A DNA stretch of 64,000 nucleotides from Eledone cirrhosa. Lineage: Eukaryota. Below the pieces are notes generated by a model. It saw only the letters and a program-made list of their open reading frames with translations, was not told where the DNA came from and searched no databases. The DNA is taken from NCBI GenBank assembly GCA_964016885.1, contig OZ024744.1, positions 58,466,001 to 58,530,000 of the forward strand, given 5' to 3'. Position numbers and translations under genes: made by a program. This document shows, piece after piece, positions 57,879 to 64,000 of the stretch. Position 1 is the stretch's first letter; each line of letters opens with the position of its first letter.

Positions 57879-60800
57879 CTTTCATTCATTCATTTACGCG
57901 ATCAGTCGCATATTTTGGCGTGGGAGACTATTTATTAAATTTAAGATGAATACTATCTCCGACAGTAATGCCACAACTACAGTCAGGTTGAATAACTGGC
58001 TATTCTTCTAACTATACCTTCTGAAGATACCTTTTATTCGAATTCGTAGAGATATCCAACTAAATACATAATTCATTTTACAAGGATTTGCTACAAACAG
58101 CATGGCTGAACACAACATCAACAAAAAAATTAAGGAAGTACCGAAGACAAATAACAAGGAAAGTAATCCAACTTTATTCAGTTGTAGCTACAGAAGAAAC
58201 CGAAATTATAAATCGCATTTCTCTTGGAGTTGCGAACTTAATAATGATTTATTTAATTGTTATAAAATGGCAAAAAACAATCCCTCCATTGGCTATATGA
58301 ATAGAATGAAGCTACACTGGGACGAAATGCACCTAGAGCTAAATTATTTCACAGCGAAACAATTACGCCAACAAGCGACGTTTGTTGAAAGTAAAAATAA
58401 GATAAATATTATTAATTGTAAGTCCCCCACAACAAACATGTTATCAAGAATACGTGCTACTAGACTTCCTAGCAGCCAGGTCGAACAGAGCCTTGAAACA
58501 ACTATGCCTGTAAGAAACTTGACACCACCTGTACCATCTAAGTCTACCTCGAATGCTGGGGAAAACACTATCGATAATAATAATCGAAGAAATAATAATA
58601 ATAATCGAAGAAATTTGATACCACGTGTACCATCCGAGTCTACCTCGACTGTTGTAGAAAATACTATCGATAATGATAATCAAAAGTATAAACAATTGAA
58701 ATTTTCCCCCAACGAAATCTTCCAGAGAGAAATTAATTCATGTATAAATATCTCTCTTGCTGGACGTGTTAAAACGACAATGTTTAATTAAAAAAACAAC
58801 AAATAATGAAATATTACGTGTTATTGACGAAATAGGGGATGAATATTTACGACGGATAAAAACCCCAACATTTTGGCAAATCAACGCCTGTTTATATGGC
58901 CTAGCAACGACAGTGAAGCATTATCTTGGTGATAGCAGAGATATTAACAAGAACAGAACACCACCAAAAATACCATCATATATAACTAAAATAGAAAAAC
59001 GATTGCTGACCTACGAAAAAGCATAGGAGATGTGACAATGCTCCTTACATGCAAACAAACACAAAAAAACCCCACTCCTCACCAACAAAGAGTGAAAAAT
59101 AAAATAGAGACGATGTTTGGTAACAGTAGAACCAGAACTCTCCAATATAAGCTGATCACCCTCAAACAAGAATTGAGAGCTGTTAGCGAAAAACGCCGAT
59201 ACCTGAAGAAGGTAGATGAGAGAAAAATGTTTAATAAAAGATTCAGACGAAATCAAACATCAGTCTATAGAGGTATGAAGAACAAAATAATAAGTGTCAC
59301 TGAGGCCCCATCCCAGAAAGACATAGATTCCTTTTGGAGCAAAATATGGGGTGAAAAGAAGAATTTCAACCAAGATGCAGTGTGGCTAAGAGAAATCCGA
59401 AAGAACTATTGCTCCTACACTACAACAAAAACATACGAAATAAGTGAGGGTACCCTTGAGACTGTGATAGGAAAACTCCAAGATAAGAAAACACCAGGAA
59501 GAGACATGATTGTCGGCTACTGGTACAAAAAAACTGATATTCTATCGGAGATATCTTACTGACCTCTACCAACAAGTTCTTAAGGGAGATACACTTATAC
59601 CAGAATGGTTGACATTAGCACAAACATTACTGGTCCCCAAGAACAAAGACACCCACTTGGCAAAAAAACTACCGACCCATTGCATGCCAGAACCTGATGT
59701 ATAAGATGTATACAGCCTGAACCAATTCCTCCAAGATCACTGTGAAAATAATAACATCATCACAGATGAACAAGCAGCTGGAAAGAAAGGGGTATGGGGA
59801 TGTGCTGAACAACTCCTAATCAACAAAACTGCGATGTCGGAAGTGCGACAACTTAGGAGGAATATGACTACAGTCTGGCTGGACTACAGGAAAGCTTTCG
59901 ATTCTGTTGGATGATAGAGGCCCTCCAACTTGCTAAAGTCCCAGACATTATTGTCAGAGCCATAGAGAGGCTGTCTTCTTCTTGGGCTACTATCTTAAGG
60001 TTAAAGACAGAGAGAGAGGACTCTATTTTCACTGATAAAATAAAATATTGCAGAGGTATATTTCAGGGGGACAGTCTCTCTCTGATATTATTCATCTTGT
60101 CATTAAACCCCTTGTCCTTTCTGCTCAAGAAATGTGAGGGATACATCATTGGCTCGCGAGAGGACAGAAATACGAACCTAACCCATAATTTCTTTGTGGA
60201 CGATCTGAAACTCTATGCCAAGAACCTGGATGGGATGAAGAAAAATCTTGACCTGGTTACAACGTTCTCAAAGAATATAGGAATGGAGTTTGGCCAAGAT
60301 AAATGCTCATACATGTAAAGCGGGGAAAAACAACAACCCAATCTAGCAACATTGTCATCAATGGCCTAACTGTTTCACCGATATCTGGTGAGTACTGCTA
60401 CAGACACCTGGGGATAGATGAGAACATATCCTATAATGGTATCTGTAATAAAGAACGCGTAACCAGGGAGTACTATACCCGATTAAGAAAGATCTGGTCA
60501 TCGGAACTCTCCGAGCAAAACAAAACAGTGGCTCACAATGTGTTTGCTGTGCCTGTCCTAACACCAACGTTTGGAATACTCAATTGGACGATAGACGAAA
60601 TCCGAGCAGTTGATGTTGGAACTCGAAAAATACTGAACAACACCGGAAACTTCCACATCAACAGTGACATAGACCGCCTTTACTTGAAACGTAAGCAGGG
60701 AGGCAGAGGCCTAACATCAGTCCAGACAACATTTGAATGTCGCATCATATCTCTCCGACAACATCTACGAACCTCGAAGCGTAGGAGCCCGATTCTCGAG

Positions 60801-61961
60801 CAAGTCTATCTGCATGAAACAGATAAGATCATGAGAGTTGGGAAGGAACTCCTTGAGAGATATTCCCTGTGTGATAATCAAAAACTCACACCCAGGGATG
60901 TCGCTCAGCAGTATCGCAGTGAATCCATGGATGAAAAACTGCATGCCTATCAGCAAAAAATCATGCATGGATATGTTGCCAGGAAGCTCCCGAGTGAGGG
61001 TAATATAGATAAGGAAAGTAGTATATCTTGGACCAACAACCGCTATATTGGCTCCCAATTTGAAGGATACGCTTTTGCAATCCAGGAACAGGAGATTAAC
61101 ACGGAATACCTGATTTCCAAAAGAGATAGGGATGCAGGCAAAACACCTAGATGTGATAACAAGTGCAGACTCTGCAGAACTAACATCGAGGATATCACCC
61201 ATGTCATCAGCAGCTGTCCAAAGATGTCATCGCGGTACTATCTACCTTTGAGACATGATGTAGTGGCCAAAACACTGTACAATGCAGTTCGTAAAAAATA
61301 TAGCCGCGATAATAAACACATTAAAAGCTACAGCAATGTGGAAGACACCCATGTACATAATATGAAAGAGTACTCGTGGAATGTTCCAGTAAAAACCCCA
61401 ATAAAATGCAAGCATAGCAGACCAGATATTATGATATGGGACAGGGAGAAGAAAGCATACACAGTAGTAGAAATTAGCTGCCCAACTAATCAAAGATTAG
61501 TGAAAAGGAGAATATTTATGCAGAACTGATGAGAAATCTGCAGATACACCACCCTGATTACACCTTCAGATTTATGCCTGTGATTATTGGGGCACTGGGA
61601 TATGTTAGTAACTGCCTCAATACAAATCTTGAGAAGCTACGCTTCACAGGAACAGAAAGAACACAACTAGTTAGGAAATTACAACTACAATCCATTAATG
61701 GAACAGTAAAAATATTTAAAAGATTCCAAATATTTTGCATCTAATAACTGCATATACACATGTACAGATACAAAGCATATACACATGCACACATACAACT
61801 TAAAACATCCACATCCACACATACAATAACATCCATATCTACACATGCATACATATCTACCTAGTTGATGTGTAAATTCCAATGAGAGAGTAGTGTGTCT
61901 ATGTTAGAAACCGACTCTCTCTCTATTGGTAAAACTTTGTGAAATTATAAAACCAGAAGAA
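57879..61961 (+). mobile_element. Near full-length R4/Dong-clade retrotransposon family B, frameshifted
   Basis: N-terminal GYMNRMKLHWDE...QLRQQ; RT GIFQGDSLS and FFVDDLKLY; CRLCRTNIEDITHVISSCP knuckle; RHD, RPDI, VEISCP RLE motifs; CATA flanks. Confidence 0.93.
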
Positions 61962-61975
61962 CATACATATATACA

Positions 61976-62703
61976 TGATGGCTTCCCCCTCGTTATCGAG
62001 TATGGCCATTGCACGATAGACCATTATTAATAATTATTAATTAATTCTAGGTGGATTGGCAGTATCGGTAGAGGGTCGGACGCCATGCTTTGACGCATAG
62101 AGTTACGGCCCTTGCCATTCTGAGTTCAAACCCCGCCGAGGTTAACTTTGCCTTTCATCCCTACGGGGTCGATAAAATAAAGTACCAGTAATGCACTGGG
62201 TAATTGTTGGCCTTGTGCCAAAAAAGTAGAAACAATTAATTAATTCTATCGTGCAATGCCTGTGCGTAAAGATATTTTTTAAAGTGACAAAAGACTGTGC
62301 ACTGAGCCAATCCCACTCTTTGAGCGACAGTAGCTATAACCCGAAAAGAAGAAAAGATCAACATCATTCGTAACTACTGAGCCGCAGGTTTTATATCGGA
62401 GTTATCCCAGTTTCCTGAGTTGCCTTCTCCTAGAAGAATGCCCTGACAAAGGCTAGGGGTCCTTCACTCCCAGTGGTTTAACCGCGCGATACATGTGTAT
62501 ATACATATTTACACACTTTCGGATGGCCGTTGACTCTTATGAGTTCTTCCGCCCTTTCTCAGGTTTTGTTTTTTGTCCTGCAGGGTGTCCACAATGACCC
62601 TCCTCACCAAGTAAACATGGTGGAGGTTGCCGGTTTAGTCGCCGATGACCTGACCATGCGTACTGGGTTACATGTTACCAGTAGCACTCAAGAGTGACCC
62701 GAC
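61976..62703 (-). mobile_element. Family N2 copy interrupted by a SINE
   Basis: Matches 17768-18300 apart from the insertion. Confidence 0.85.
62050..62234 (+). mobile_element. Full-length SINE family A with 14-bp TSD
   Basis: A-box TGGCAGTATCGG, B-box GAGTTCAAACC, Meta-like core; TSD ATTAATTAATTCTA at 62036-62049 and 62235-62248. Confidence 0.92.
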
Positions 62704-62754
62704 ATATATACATACATATACGCATACATACATAAATACATACATACATATATA

Positions 62755-63345
62755 GTGGCTGCCAACTCGTTTTCGAGTACGGCCACTACTTTATATCCAT
62801 GTCGGAGAACCCCTACCGATGCGCTGAACGAGTGTGACTTTTTAGTCCAGCCAGTCACTTGAAAACTCTGGTACAAACACTACACTTTTGACAATTACTG
62901 ACACAGTGCTGGGCCCATGGTACCATGTGATGACAAAAGCAGAGAGATCTCCAGATATAAAGCAATGCCTGTGCCGTGAAGCTTTTATAGTGAGCAAAGG
63001 CACTGCACAAAGCCAGTCCCACTCTCTTAACCAAGATGATATTTACCAAAAAGAACAAGTCAACATCATTGGATACCATCAGGGTTTCATGTGTTATATC
63101 AGTTTTCCTTCTCCTAGAATTCTGCCTTGACAAAGGCTAAGGGGTCATCTCTCCCGGTGATTTTGGATGGCCATTGAGCTCCTTTGCCCTTTGACAGGTT
63201 TTGTTTTTAGTCCTGCAGGATGTCCAAAGTCACCCTCCTCACCAAGAAACCTTGGTGGGGTTGCCAGTTTAGTCGCCAACGACCCGACCATGAGACAGGT
63301 TGTACTGGGATACATGTTACCAGTAGCACCAACTGGTGACCTGAC
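62755..63345 (-). mobile_element. Family N1, full length
   Basis: Complete end ...GGTGACCTGAC; CATA flanks. Confidence 0.87.
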
Positions 63346-63480
63346 ATAAACATACATATATACATACATATATACACACATACATACATACATACATACA
63401 TACATACATACATACATACATACATACATACATACATACATACATACATACATACATACACTCACACATACATACATACA

Positions 63481-63755
63481 TTAGGAAATTACAAGTACAA
63501 TCCATTAATGGAACAGTAAAAATATGTAAAACATTCCAAAAATGTTGCATCTGATAACTGCATATACACATGTACAGATACAAAGCATATACACATGCAC
63601 ACATACAATAACATCCATATCTACACATGCATGCATACATACATATCTACCTAGTTGATGTTGTGTAAATTCCAATGAGAGAGTCTTGTGTCTATGTTAG
63701 AAACCGACTCTCTCTCTATTGGGAAAAAATTTGTGAAATTATAAAACCAGAAGAA
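63481..63755 (+). mobile_element. 3' fragment of R4-type family B
   Basis: Matches 61671-61961. Confidence 0.88.
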
Positions 63756-63825
63756 CATACATACATAGATACATACATACATACATACATACATACATAC
63801 ATACATACATACATACATACATACA

Positions 63826-63857
<32 letters not shown>

Positions 63858-64000
63858 CAAATAAGGAGAGAACCAGAACTGAATACCTCAGAAGAGTAAA
63901 GAACATATGGTCATCAGAACTGTCAGCGTACAACAAGTACATTGCCCACAATACTTATGCTGTACCAATACTAACGCCAACATTTGGCTTGCTGAACTGG
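63858..64000 (+). mobile_element. 5'-truncated R4-type family A copy running off the window
   Basis: Matches 21711-21852. Confidence 0.88.

Noticed and set aside
58014-58056. CTGAAGA...GAAT hammerhead-like string in the R4 family B 5' UTR
   Set aside because: GAAA is absent and stem II does not pair.
62050-62135. tRNA gene
   Set aside because: A/B boxes belong to a multi-copy SINE head with TSD; no cloverleaf.

Overview
Eukaryotic, AT-rich, microsatellite-saturated animal DNA; the SINE and repeat content fits a coleoid cephalopod (Octopus-like), which is an inference. The only well-supported host coding sequence is one giant minus-strand exon (acceptor ~42733, ATG 42600, GTAAGT donor after 30360). 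It encodes about 4080 aa of acidic, low-complexity protein with 4-, 8- and 24-aa tandem repeats. The rest is intron/intergenic DNA filled with mobile elements: two R4/Dong-type RLE retrotransposon families inserted in (CATA)n, ~550-600 bp non-coding RTE-like elements in the same arrays, two tRNA-derived SINE families, hAT and Tc1/mariner MITEs, Helitron-like elements, and L1/Tx1, I-like and RTE 3' fragments. The main unannotated signal is about 14 type I hammerhead-ribozyme motifs (about 9 with an intact core), most in short non-coding elements in or beside (TA)n arrays, often with inverted duplications. One core-variant hammerhead fold sits at the start of a 147-bp satellite. Most ORFs in the supplied track are microsatellite or antisense artefacts. 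All structures were folded by eye and none is experimentally tested.
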